Virus record (IMG/VR): IMGVR_UViG_3300016659_000217
Strand: one strand, 5' to 3'
Length of the DNA stretch: 64,000 nt
Origin: an uncultured virus (IMG/VR IMGVR_UViG_3300016659_000217)
Lineage: Duplodnaviria > Heunggongvirae > Uroviricota > Caudoviricetes
Under the pieces are notes generated by a model. The model saw nothing but the letters and a program-made list of their open reading frames with translations, searched no databases and was not told the DNA's origin. The position numbers and the translations under genes are program-made. Positions 9,065 through 17,644 of this stretch are shown in pieces. Within the stretch, counting starts at the first letter, position 1. Each line of letters begins with the position of its first letter.

Positions 9065-9547
9065 GTGAAAATGTTCCTGTTAGTATTGGGTGTTGGGCTT
9101 GTAGCCCTTACAGCTAGTTATTTTTGGGATGAGAAAAAATCTGAGTTATATCCAAAAGAATTTGTTCTCGATTGGGGAAACAGAATGAAAAGTTCACCGA
9201 ATGGTGGACCTGGAAGAAATTGTTTCCCTACCAATTTTTCAACTTCTGAATACCCTGAATTAAAAGAAGAACTATTAGAAGCTAAAAAACTCAATATGTT
9301 TCATCCAGATCAATCAGGAAATGGACTTTTAAATGTTCCTCTAAAAAACTGTTTTAGTGAAGCAAAACTCGTTGAATTAAAGGTTGATAAGTCTGCGAAT
9401 ATGGCTTGGGCTGTATATCGTTGTGAGAAAGATGGAATGGGGCTAGAGGTTAAATTATCTAGCTATGATAAATGGTGTAGCTATACTACATATTTAACAA
9501 AATGGAATTTTCCTATAGGAAGATATACCCCTATTTCTATGCCCTAG
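9065..9547 (+). CDS. Exported/membrane-anchored hypothetical protein with 4 Cys
   Basis: GTG start, N-terminal hydrophobic signal. Confidence 0.6.
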   Translation: MKMFLLVLGVGLVALTASYFWDEKKSELYPKEFVLDWGNRMKSSPNGGPGRNCFPTNFSTSEYPELKEELLEAKKLNMFHPDQSGNGLLNVPLKNCFSEAKLVELKVDKSANMAWAVYRCEKDGMGLEVKLSSYDKWCSYTTYLTKWNFPIGRYTPISMP

Positions 9548-9567
9548 ACTTTTCACTTTAGTCGTAC

Positions 9568-9595
9568 ATTTAGCATAACGGCTGTTATACGAAAT
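9568..9595 (-). other. Near-consensus pdif site (XerD/XerC on + strand)
   Basis: ATTTAGCATAA-CGGCTG-TTATACGAAAT; 21 of 22 arm positions match ATTTAACATAA-N6-TTATACGAAAT. Confidence 0.9.
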
Positions 9596-9614
9596 AAAAA
9601 AGGAAGGAAAGGCA

Positions 9615-9785
9615 GTGGGAGATTTTTTAATATTTATTGGGTTAATCATCAGTATTGTAGGGACGTTTATTGGTCCTCATGTATTAAGTGAAAAAGTAAA
9701 TAATCATATGGATGCAAAGGCAGCAAGCTTCTTAGGAATGTTACCTGGTGTATTAGTTATGTTTGTTGGTTCTTTCTTTAAATAA
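9615..9785 (+). CDS. Unannotated 56-aa two-TM protein (MGDFLIFIGLIISIVGTFIGPH...VGSFFK)
   Basis: Strong RBS AAGGAAGGAAAGG, GTG start, open frame to TAA at 9783-9785. Confidence 0.6.
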   Translation: MGDFLIFIGLIISIVGTFIGPHVLSEKVNNHMDAKAASFLGMLPGVLVMFVGSFFK

Positions 9786-9823
9786 AAAACCCTATAGCTA
9801 TCAAGTATATCTTCAGAGTGAGT

Positions 9824-9850
9824 ACTTAACATAAATCTCTTATACGAAAA
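9824..9850 (-). other. pdif-like site with 5-bp spacer (XerD/XerC on + strand)
   Basis: ACTTAACATAA-ATCTC-TTATACGAAAA. Confidence 0.7.
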
Positions 9851-9871
9851 GCCCTCAATGAGGGCTTTCTT
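9847..9871. terminator. Terminator ending the late/lysis operon
   Basis: AAAAGCCCTC-AAT-GAGGGCTTTCTT. Confidence 0.7.
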
Positions 9872-9971
9872 AATTCACACACTGCACACATACAGTGACA
9901 TGAACATTTGTCGAAATCGAATGCGCTGTGCAGCCTGAAAGCAGGATGCACAGCATTAAAGCTTTGATCAT
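9870..9971 (-). CDS. Unannotated 33-aa lipoprotein MIKALMLCILLSGCTAHSISTNVHVTVCVQCVN, last gene of the lysis cassette
   Basis: ATGA overlap with the endolysin stop codon; lipobox LSGC; stop codon abuts the terminator. Confidence 0.75.
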   Translation of the reverse strand: MIKALMLCILLSGCTAHSISTNVHVTVCVQCVN

Positions 9972-10546
9972 GATAGAAACAAAGCCTTTTCTTTAGCACG
10001 ACGATTCACAAGCCCTTGCATGCGTTTACCACCCGCATTCACCCATACATCAAACTGATCAGCGGCACTACGAATATCATTGGCATTCAGCTTTTTTACC
10101 AAAGTTGATCCACTAAAAGCACTAGCCCCAATGTTATAGGCAAGTGAGACTAGGGCATCGAACTGATTTTGATTAAGCGGTCTCTTCACTGCACTATTTA
10201 CAGCAGCTTCAAACTTCTTTAAGTCATGGCCCATGTATGCCTTAGCCTGTGGTTCAGTGCAGGTATCACCATTCTTGACTTTAATACCGTTCGGATAAAC
10301 TGTGGTACCGAAACCAATCGTCCACACTCCCACCCCATCGTCATATGCAGTAAGCCGCTTTCCCTCAAAACTACAGATGAGATCTACACCAAAAGGACTA
10401 ACGGTCATCTGGTCGATCGCAATACCCAACATATCAGCCACTGATACATCTGTAGCTGTGGCAATCACTCGATTAGCAGCATCAACTTGTTTTTGAGTAA
10501 GTGTCCCACCGCTGATCTTTCTTATAAAATCAAATATCTGTTTCAT
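9968..10546 (-). CDS. Endolysin, GH24 phage lysozyme
   Basis: FEGKRLTAYDDGVGVWTIGFG catalytic E-D-T; NQNQFDALVSLAYNIG; GLVNRRAKE. Confidence 0.92.
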   Translation of the reverse strand: MKQIFDFIRKISGGTLTQKQVDAANRVIATATDVSVADMLGIAIDQMTVSPFGVDLICSFEGKRLTAYDDGVGVWTIGFGTTVYPNGIKVKNGDTCTEPQAKAYMGHDLKKFEAAVNSAVKRPLNQNQFDALVSLAYNIGASAFSGSTLVKKLNANDIRSAADQFDVWVNAGGKRMQGLVNRRAKEKALFLS

Positions 10547-10557
10547 TTTTCACTTAC

Positions 10558-10929
10558 TCACTTAAACATTGCTTTAAAAGCCGAACGAATTTCGAAAATT
10601 AACTCACCAATGGTTTTACCACGTAATAGCTGGATTGCTTGATACCAGATGCCAATTAACAACATTCCAAAAATCGCAAAGATTAGCATCACAAAACCCT
10701 GCGTCATATGCGAATAGACATGCCAACCATAATATTCAATGAATGCAGAGCCACCATAAAGACTAATGGCTACACTAAAAGTGAACTTCATAATCACACC
10801 CATAGTGATTTTAATTCGTCCTTCAGTGTCGATATCCCCCGATAACGTCAGAGCAAAGATTGCCCCAACCACTGCTGCAATAATTTTGAAAAGCCATGGT
10901 AGGCCCTTGATGCTTAATGGGTCATTCAT
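10558..10929 (-). CDS. Putative holin (3 TM)
   Basis: Three TM segments; immediately upstream of the endolysin. Confidence 0.7.
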   Translation of the reverse strand: MNDPLSIKGLPWLFKIIAAVVGAIFALTLSGDIDTEGRIKITMGVIMKFTFSVAISLYGGSAFIEYYGWHVYSHMTQGFVMLIFAIFGMLLIGIWYQAIQLLRGKTIGELIFEIRSAFKAMFK

Positions 10930-10994
10930 AGACCACTCCTAATTTCTGGCAATAAAAAAGCACCCTAGTTGGGTGCTATTGATGATTTGATAAC

Positions 10995-12188
10995 TCATAT
11001 TGATACTGCAACAACTGAATCAAATAGTTCAGTGGTCTCGCCTCCATCCCCTACGGCATAAACTATTGCTGGCAAATTACTCCAAACATTTAACGTAAAT
11101 GTTCCATCTGCAGCGCTAGAAATTGTTTTACCTAAAATCCGGCCACTACCCCGATCATTTGCAACTATTTTTCGTACAAGTGGATTTCCTAATCCATCTT
11201 TCACTGTTCCAGCAAACTTTCTTCGCGCTCCACCTGGAAATAAAAGTAAACCTAAATCGGCTGTGCTTGGATAATAGCCTGCAAAAGCATATGACCAAGA
11301 ATTCGAGGTTATATCAAAATATCTGTAATCTGTATCGGTCTGTACGACAAGGGTCCGATCATCCAACCAAGCTAAGCCACCACCAGGACAGGGAACAGGA
11401 GCCACTGCAGTAGTATTGAGCGCAAATGCCTCTCCACTGACATCCCAAATTCGAAGATAGGGTGTAGATGAAGTTGATTGCGCAAGCTTGGATCCAGTTG
11501 AATTCCATTTTGCCTTTTTTAAAGCTCCATTTAATGCAGCACCCAATAGAATGGCTGACCAATCTGCAGTTTTATACACATATTGATTAACTGAACTACC
11601 ACAACTGACTGCTATAAACCTTCCATCAGGTGAAGGCTCTAACCAATCTACACCACCATTTGGTACCGTACTTGGGGTGGCCAAACGATCCCCTGTAATA
11701 AGATCATATATTGCAATGAATGGTGAGACCTCAAGCCCCAGAACTAAGTACCGACCATCTTTGGTAAAACATACAGCATTCGCCTGTGCACCAACACCTG
11801 TCACAAAATCAGGAAGTTTTGCCATTGTTGAGCGTGTATATCGCGTGACAAAAGGTGCACTTATATGGGAAATGGCAATTACATTGCCATCTGGGCTGTA
11901 AGCAATATCTGTACAAGCAGAAGTTGGCAGGTTTCCAGGTTGAGGAAATTGAGACATATCAGAAAGTGCAAAACGCTTAATATATGGACTTACTTTTGAA
12001 CAAAATGCTATTTCAGTATGGTCTGGTGAAAAAGCACCCTCCTCCCATTTCCACGAGACTTCAGCTGCAGCAGATCCTAGTGAACTTGCAGCGGTGACAG
12101 CTTCACTCGGTTGACGAACTAGAATAGAAGGCGCTGATAAAAGGCCATGAATAATATCACCGGGTAATAGTTTTAATGGCATTTCCAA
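10995..12188 (-). CDS. Beta-propeller (WD40-like) tail protein with C-terminal carboxypeptidase-regulatory-like domain; probable receptor-binding protein
   Basis: Repeated FSPDH/YSPDG/FTKDG/PSPDG/WNSTG blades; C-terminal GTVKDGLGNP...DGTFTL; last tail gene. Confidence 0.65.
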   Translation of the reverse strand: MEMPLKLLPGDIIHGLLSAPSILVRQPSEAVTAASSLGSAAAEVSWKWEEGAFSPDHTEIAFCSKVSPYIKRFALSDMSQFPQPGNLPTSACTDIAYSPDGNVIAISHISAPFVTRYTRSTMAKLPDFVTGVGAQANAVCFTKDGRYLVLGLEVSPFIAIYDLITGDRLATPSTVPNGGVDWLEPSPDGRFIAVSCGSSVNQYVYKTADWSAILLGAALNGALKKAKWNSTGSKLAQSTSSTPYLRIWDVSGEAFALNTTAVAPVPCPGGGLAWLDDRTLVVQTDTDYRYFDITSNSWSYAFAGYYPSTADLGLLLFPGGARRKFAGTVKDGLGNPLVRKIVANDRGSGRILGKTISSAADGTFTLNVWSNLPAIVYAVGDGGETTELFDSVVAVSI

Positions 12189-12205
12189 ATTCCTATCAAT
12201 AATTT

Positions 12206-15043
12206 TTAAAATGTAAAATTGACTGCATCACCTAAAACTGGTGGTGTGGTTTTATCAATTACAAAGCGGAGGTCATCACCGAAATTAGCGAATACAAAAA
12301 ACTTGTGTTCAAATGGTTGAGCACAAACATAGTTATCTCTTTCTGCTTGAATGATGACAAAACCAAAATCAGATGATGATGGAAAACCTTGGGATGGCAC
12401 TGTGTATGCAGTAGCCTCAAGCCCACCTTGTTCATGTACCACTAGACCATTGTGATCTTTAATAATGACCCGATACGTAACTCCCAGTTCGACCGTAACT
12501 CCTTCATCAAACCAACCTAATAAACTCCCACCCGTTTGCTGAATTCGGTTTCTATGCACCCAAGTCAAGGTTAGGAACGCCAAACGCTTGGTAGAATAAT
12601 ATTCACCGTTAATTTTCACATTTGCCGGTGGATAAGGCCGTATTGCACGTGCTTTGATTTCAACTTGCTGCATATCAACATCATCAATCCCTAAAACACC
12701 ACTTGGAGTAGTAGTCAGCGCCTTCACGCCAATCACTTCACCTGTGACATATTCAGTAGAATCAACAGTGATAAAGCCATCCGCAAAATAGAGTAAACTG
12801 CCTGCGATATGCATTAGAGGTATGCTATCTAGTGCACCACGTTTTACAGTCAGCAATCCCGTTTCATTCTCATAGGATTGATACACCATGATTTCGTTAT
12901 TCACGATAATCTGTGTTCCGATAGTAACCATGTCAATATCACCTGCATTCTTTACAATAAATGCAGTATCTGTTTGCAAAATGTCTTGGTCTAACTCAGC
13001 TGTTTCACTGTACTGAATCGTTCCAACCCGCTCAATATCATTGCCAGTCCCTGTGTACATCAATGCATTTAATGAATTATTTTGTGGACGTTTCGCCATT
13101 ACAGCGACATAGCCTGTATCTGGATTAAGTGCTAATTCGTCATCTACTGCCTTTTGTCCATTTAATTGCACTGCCTCTAGATAAGACAGCTCTATAGCCT
13201 TAAATAAAGCAGGCTGTGGAGGTTTAGGTGTGGTATCGACTGGCGTATCAATCACAATGTTCGAAGAAAGATTGCTTGAATAAGGCACGATTTCTACAAA
13301 ATCAATGGATACTTCTGTCCCTGTACCCAAGTTGATTTTCATGATCCGAACCAAAATGGTACCACTCCAACGTCTTGGCCATTCAAGCTTTAATACATCA
13401 TATCGATTCCACTTTCGAGCTTCATAAAATCCCGTACTAAAAGTTCCTTGCCAAACAGGAGTAGATATTTGTTTCAACTTCCATTGGCTCACAACTGCAG
13501 CATTACGCTGTACCATGAAGTATGGAAACTTAGCCTCTTCTGGGTTTTCATGACCGTTTAAATTGCGAATAGATGCATTTTCCGATATGGAAAAAGATGA
13601 ATTTTTAATTGATTCACGGTTGTAATAACTCACGTTCAACTTATTAATCAGCTCATCTGCAGATGTTGCTCCATCCAGCTGCATACTTTTAATTTTGTTG
13701 AAAGGCAGTGTGTGAACTTCATTCTCTGCAAACCAATCATCACGAAATAGAACCATCTCATATAAGCCAGTTTGACGATTCATTCGGACACCTGCTTCAA
13801 TGTGTCCGCACAATTCATTGATTGCCTCAAGGCATGATTTCTCTGTTACAGACCAAGATATTCCCAGTTTTTCGGTATAAAGCACATCTGCGGCTTTTTT
13901 GAAGTTAACATCGTTGATATCGGACTCAGGCTTATTCATAGCCGTATCATCTGTGAGAATTTCACGGATTTTATGGATAGGATTTATGTCAAAATAGCTG
14001 ACCGCAATTTTTGAAATGACATATAAAATAGCATCGGTGATCTGAGTAGAATCCCCCTGTACGATGGGGATTTCATGCTCCATATTATGAAAAGATGCAA
14101 GACTACCAATGGTTCCAACACCTACACCCGCAATTTTTACAATATTACTCACTGATGCAATGTTTTGCTGAGCTGCACCTACTTCACTCATTGCGCCATC
14201 AGATACGATAACCACTAAATCACTTGTGACAGGATTTGTCAGATAAGCAGGTACATCTGCAAATGCATGTACTGCGTTGGTTGAGCCACTCGCATTTAAT
14301 GCACTAATTGCCCTTGTTAAAATAATAAGGCACTCATTTTTGTTGACGGCATAAAAACTTTCATGGCTACTTGAGAAGATCGTAATCATCATTTGACTAA
14401 TTGCAACCACACCAGATTCAATCGAAGAAGCCAAATTCTCAAGCGCTACTTTTAATGCATTTAGTTTAGACCCACTCATCGATCCTGAGTTATCGAGTAT
14501 GAGTGCAAATCTATTAACTCCTCCTTGCACTCCTTTGATTGTGCCTGCAAAAATTGCAGCCTTGCTGTCATACCACTGCGGTTGCCCATCATTACGCACA
14601 TGGACGCGTTGTGGCCAAAGCAACATTTCTTTCATGTAGCCTGAGTTGCCATGATAAAACGAGTTGTTATAGTGCTTAGGCGAACCCTGTGTAAATTGAC
14701 CGATCCCTCCGCTTGTTGCCGGCTTTTTTCCAAGCCCACGAAATAACAAATAAGACTGAAATGGATAGCCTGAAACTTTTGGAAAATCTTTTTCATACGT
14801 GGCATTAGGCAACTGATCTGCACTACCCGTATGGATATCAATAAACCCAGCAACACCGCCCTCTTTATCCCCGTATAGATTTGGACTTTCTACACGCAGA
14901 AAGGTTTCCATATTATCTGGCTTAAAGATCCAACCACGGTTATCAAAGTTAATCCCAATCAATTTTTCAATGGGATTACCAATAAACGTGGTAAGTTTGG
15001 CGAAGTATCTTTGACCAATTGTTTGCTTACTGCTTCCGCCCAT
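12206..15043 (-). CDS. Central tail tip protein with inserted vWA domain
   Basis: MGGSSKQTIG start, INPIHKIREILTD, RPYPPANVKING; MIDAS motif DNSGS...T...SDG. Confidence 0.75.
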   Translation of the reverse strand: MGGSSKQTIGQRYFAKLTTFIGNPIEKLIGINFDNRGWIFKPDNMETFLRVESPNLYGDKEGGVAGFIDIHTGSADQLPNATYEKDFPKVSGYPFQSYLLFRGLGKKPATSGGIGQFTQGSPKHYNNSFYHGNSGYMKEMLLWPQRVHVRNDGQPQWYDSKAAIFAGTIKGVQGGVNRFALILDNSGSMSGSKLNALKVALENLASSIESGVVAISQMMITIFSSSHESFYAVNKNECLIILTRAISALNASGSTNAVHAFADVPAYLTNPVTSDLVVIVSDGAMSEVGAAQQNIASVSNIVKIAGVGVGTIGSLASFHNMEHEIPIVQGDSTQITDAILYVISKIAVSYFDINPIHKIREILTDDTAMNKPESDINDVNFKKAADVLYTEKLGISWSVTEKSCLEAINELCGHIEAGVRMNRQTGLYEMVLFRDDWFAENEVHTLPFNKIKSMQLDGATSADELINKLNVSYYNRESIKNSSFSISENASIRNLNGHENPEEAKFPYFMVQRNAAVVSQWKLKQISTPVWQGTFSTGFYEARKWNRYDVLKLEWPRRWSGTILVRIMKINLGTGTEVSIDFVEIVPYSSNLSSNIVIDTPVDTTPKPPQPALFKAIELSYLEAVQLNGQKAVDDELALNPDTGYVAVMAKRPQNNSLNALMYTGTGNDIERVGTIQYSETAELDQDILQTDTAFIVKNAGDIDMVTIGTQIIVNNEIMVYQSYENETGLLTVKRGALDSIPLMHIAGSLLYFADGFITVDSTEYVTGEVIGVKALTTTPSGVLGIDDVDMQQVEIKARAIRPYPPANVKINGEYYSTKRLAFLTLTWVHRNRIQQTGGSLLGWFDEGVTVELGVTYRVIIKDHNGLVVHEQGGLEATAYTVPSQGFPSSSDFGFVIIQAERDNYVCAQPFEHKFFVFANFGDDLRFVIDKTTPPVLGDAVNFTF

Positions 15044-15218
15044 TTTTCACATACTCCACAACTTGCTGCGCCATGGCATCATGTGCTTGTTCAACAATTT
15101 CGATATCGATGCCATTTTCAAGAAAGGTTGACCAGTCCCAACCTTGAGATAAAAAAAATGCCCGCGATCCGCGAGCACACATTCCTGCTTTACGTATATC
15201 GGACATGTAAATTCTCAC
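15027..15218 (-). CDS. Small tail assembly protein
   Basis: Position in the tail-tip operon; GMCARGSRAFF...DWSTFLENGI. Confidence 0.6.
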   Translation of the reverse strand: MRIYMSDIRKAGMCARGSRAFFLSQGWDWSTFLENGIDIEIVEQAHDAMAQQVVEYVKNGRKQ

Positions 15219-15460
15219 TTGCCACCTTTCTGTTTAATATCCGTTGTTGCATGCCCCCAAATATGGGTGATGTTTCCATACATATGCGGACTACCTGCTA
15301 TATCTGAAAAGGACACACCTTCATCAGCAATCGTTCCATCAAGCTGATTAGCCGTTTGTTGGTTTTTCTTTTGGGCTTTGCGCATGGCGTAATAGCTGTA
15401 AGCGGCTGTGACGACCATCAGCGCAAGCATGGCGTAAATCACCCAGGGTGCAATTACCAT
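15215..15460 (-). CDS. Small tail assembly protein
   Basis: Position; hydrophobic N-terminus, ADEG...IAG motif. Confidence 0.6.
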   Translation of the reverse strand: MVIAPWVIYAMLALMVVTAAYSYYAMRKAQKKNQQTANQLDGTIADEGVSFSDIAGSPHMYGNITHIWGHATTDIKQKGGK

Positions 15461-15472
15461 TCGATACCTCGC

Positions 15473-16390
15473 TTATTTAATCAATTGGGTAAAAATTGGG
15501 TTGCTGTTCGGGATGAATTGATGCCCAGCATAACGCACCCAATTGTTAAACTTTTCATCACACATTTTTTTAGATTGATCGCAACCCGGTACAACAGGGA
15601 AAACATCACCCACCGCTAGACCGACATGTTGGCGGTATAGCGTGAAGCTATTCGCGCTGCTGGTCGTAATTAAGGTATGTACACTACCTTTCAGCATCAA
15701 CCCCAAATTCAGCCATTGATCCGGATAACTCTTGGTTTCCATGATCGGGGATCCATTTTCAAAAGTGGGGTTGCCCTGTTCATCTAAAACAGGATTTCCC
15801 TCTTCATCTAATACTGGGACCTGCTCAAACATTGGATTGCCTTCTGCATCTAAAACCTGAGTGGGCACCACATCGTATGAAACCTTTAAGCCATCGATCG
15901 CAGTCACTTCAACCTCAAATGACCAATCTTCAAACTTGAGCCCACACCAGCGGTCATAGATTGAGTTTGGGCACGAATACTGAAACTTACGTGTCAAAAT
16001 ATTACGATTTAGGTAAGATTCTCCCGTTTCACATACCAGCGTCAATGTGTCTGCATCTTCATCATACTTTGGCTGCGTCACACGGCCTTTATGCAGGACC
16101 AGTGTTTCGCCCTGGTAAAGTTCAAGTATGGTAATCGTCACACCACCATAGAAGATCTTGCCTGCAAAGATGGCGGCCAAATCTTCACCCTCAGCATTGA
16201 ATAAATGCATTTGTGGGAACGTTACTTCGGTATCGCATTTATCAATACTTTCATCTTCAATGGCTGTACGCTGTAGGCCACGGATCGGCAGATACTCGAT
16301 CCCTGCATGAGTGATTGCTTTACGCTGATCCGTAAAATACCAAGCACGTGCACCATGCTTGAGTTGATATAACTCAGCTCTGTTTCTCAT
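15473..16390 (-). CDS. Tail hub protein (DUF2163/BR0599-like)
   Basis: CPNSIYDRWC...PGCDQSKKMCDEKFNN..YAG.FIP Cys pattern. Confidence 0.75.
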   Translation of the reverse strand: MRNRAELYQLKHGARAWYFTDQRKAITHAGIEYLPIRGLQRTAIEDESIDKCDTEVTFPQMHLFNAEGEDLAAIFAGKIFYGGVTITILELYQGETLVLHKGRVTQPKYDEDADTLTLVCETGESYLNRNILTRKFQYSCPNSIYDRWCGLKFEDWSFEVEVTAIDGLKVSYDVVPTQVLDAEGNPMFEQVPVLDEEGNPVLDEQGNPTFENGSPIMETKSYPDQWLNLGLMLKGSVHTLITTSSANSFTLYRQHVGLAVGDVFPVVPGCDQSKKMCDEKFNNWVRYAGHQFIPNSNPIFTQLIK

Positions 16391-17598
16391 GATGATAGTT
16401 CCACAATGGGCACCGTAACTTGTGTAATCTGTGCACCTAAAAACTGAAATTCGATTTGATCTGCATCAAAACGGTGTAGACCCAAATAGCAAATGGTTTG
16501 GATGTCGTTGCGGTGTGCATTGATTGCAGGTGATACCGTTAAAGAGCCACCCGTTTTGGCCGTAATTTCATGCGCGGTCCACATTCCGTTTTTACGCTTT
16601 ACCGCAATATGCTTACGATCAGCCTCAAGCAAGTACTTGGTGTTGGTACTCAGTGAGGTGGTGATATTTGCCGTGTTTAAGATATTGAGATGCTTCTCAT
16701 ACAAAGGCATCCAAAAGGCTTGATAACGCCCCATGCGCCGAAATAAAAATCGGCGGTATTCGCTATATTGATCCCATCCCTTTAAAACTGCTTTAAACGG
16801 TTTTAGGTAGCGTGGTTTCTTCCAGTGCGTGAATTGTTGAAACCCACCCACATCAGCATCCACAATGTTTTGGTGTTGCATCAGCGTCATTTCTAAAGCG
16901 CTGCCATCCAAAAGCAATGGTTTGAAATAGATATCCTCGCCCTGGTACTGCGCAGGGATATCACCACTATGCTCGGGTGAATCCTCTGCAATCACGCGAA
17001 AAACCACACTTGAATTTGACCAAAAGCCGCCAGTATTGATGCTGGCATCCCCATCAATAATGCAGATCCGCAGTGGCAGGATTGAAGCATTTGATACAGT
17101 GACATTCTGGGCTAATCGAAACCCGTCCTGATATTCAGTTTCTAAGGCTTGAAGAATCTCATCTGTTTCAGGATCTCGGATTTCTTCCTGAGTAATGATG
17201 TATCGACCGACTGCAGTAATCTCAACAACCTGAAAGCCTGCTGCTGATTCAATTAAAGCAAAGCCGACTCTGAGGTCGGCTATATGGGCTGCTGTAGACA
17301 GTGGGATGTAATCACTCTCATCAAGATCAGGAATTGACTGTCTGAACTGGGGCAATGGAATACCCCATAGATTACGCAAGTTGGCATAGAGCATATGGAA
17401 GATGTCGCTCATCGCTTTCTGCATATTCACGTAATTGAAACTGAGGACCTGCCTTGGTGCATCCCGCTGGATGTAACGATCCTCACTACTGTCATAAGCC
17501 TCATGAACTTCAGTTTTAAACTCCAATCGCTCAGTTGAATTCAATAGAGGGCAATTTGTTAATACATGCACCTCACCATATTGGGTTTGTATGTTCAT
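16387..17598 (-). CDS. Distal tail protein (putative)
   Basis: Directly downstream of the tape measure gene; GRYQAFWMP motif. Confidence 0.6.
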   Translation of the reverse strand: MNIQTQYGEVHVLTNCPLLNSTERLEFKTEVHEAYDSSEDRYIQRDAPRQVLSFNYVNMQKAMSDIFHMLYANLRNLWGIPLPQFRQSIPDLDESDYIPLSTAAHIADLRVGFALIESAAGFQVVEITAVGRYIITQEEIRDPETDEILQALETEYQDGFRLAQNVTVSNASILPLRICIIDGDASINTGGFWSNSSVVFRVIAEDSPEHSGDIPAQYQGEDIYFKPLLLDGSALEMTLMQHQNIVDADVGGFQQFTHWKKPRYLKPFKAVLKGWDQYSEYRRFLFRRMGRYQAFWMPLYEKHLNILNTANITTSLSTNTKYLLEADRKHIAVKRKNGMWTAHEITAKTGGSLTVSPAINAHRNDIQTICYLGLHRFDADQIEFQFLGAQITQVTVPIVELSS

Positions 17599-17644
17599 TT
17601 TGTCCTCAAATTGCAGGTATAAAAAACCGACCTATTAAGGCCGG

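Noticed and set aside
8349..9960. CRISPR array or integron attC cassettes from the recurring GCACA.ATACAGTGACAT motif
   Set aside because: Spacing is 0.5-1 kb with whole genes between; no cas or intI; the motif is explained as the mini-lipoprotein gene 3' end.
10995..15043. Diversity-generating retroelement or invertible tail-fibre switch
   Set aside because: No reverse transcriptase, template/variable repeat pair or inverted fibre duplicates seen; the only serine-recombinase homologue looks inactive and lies outside the prophage.
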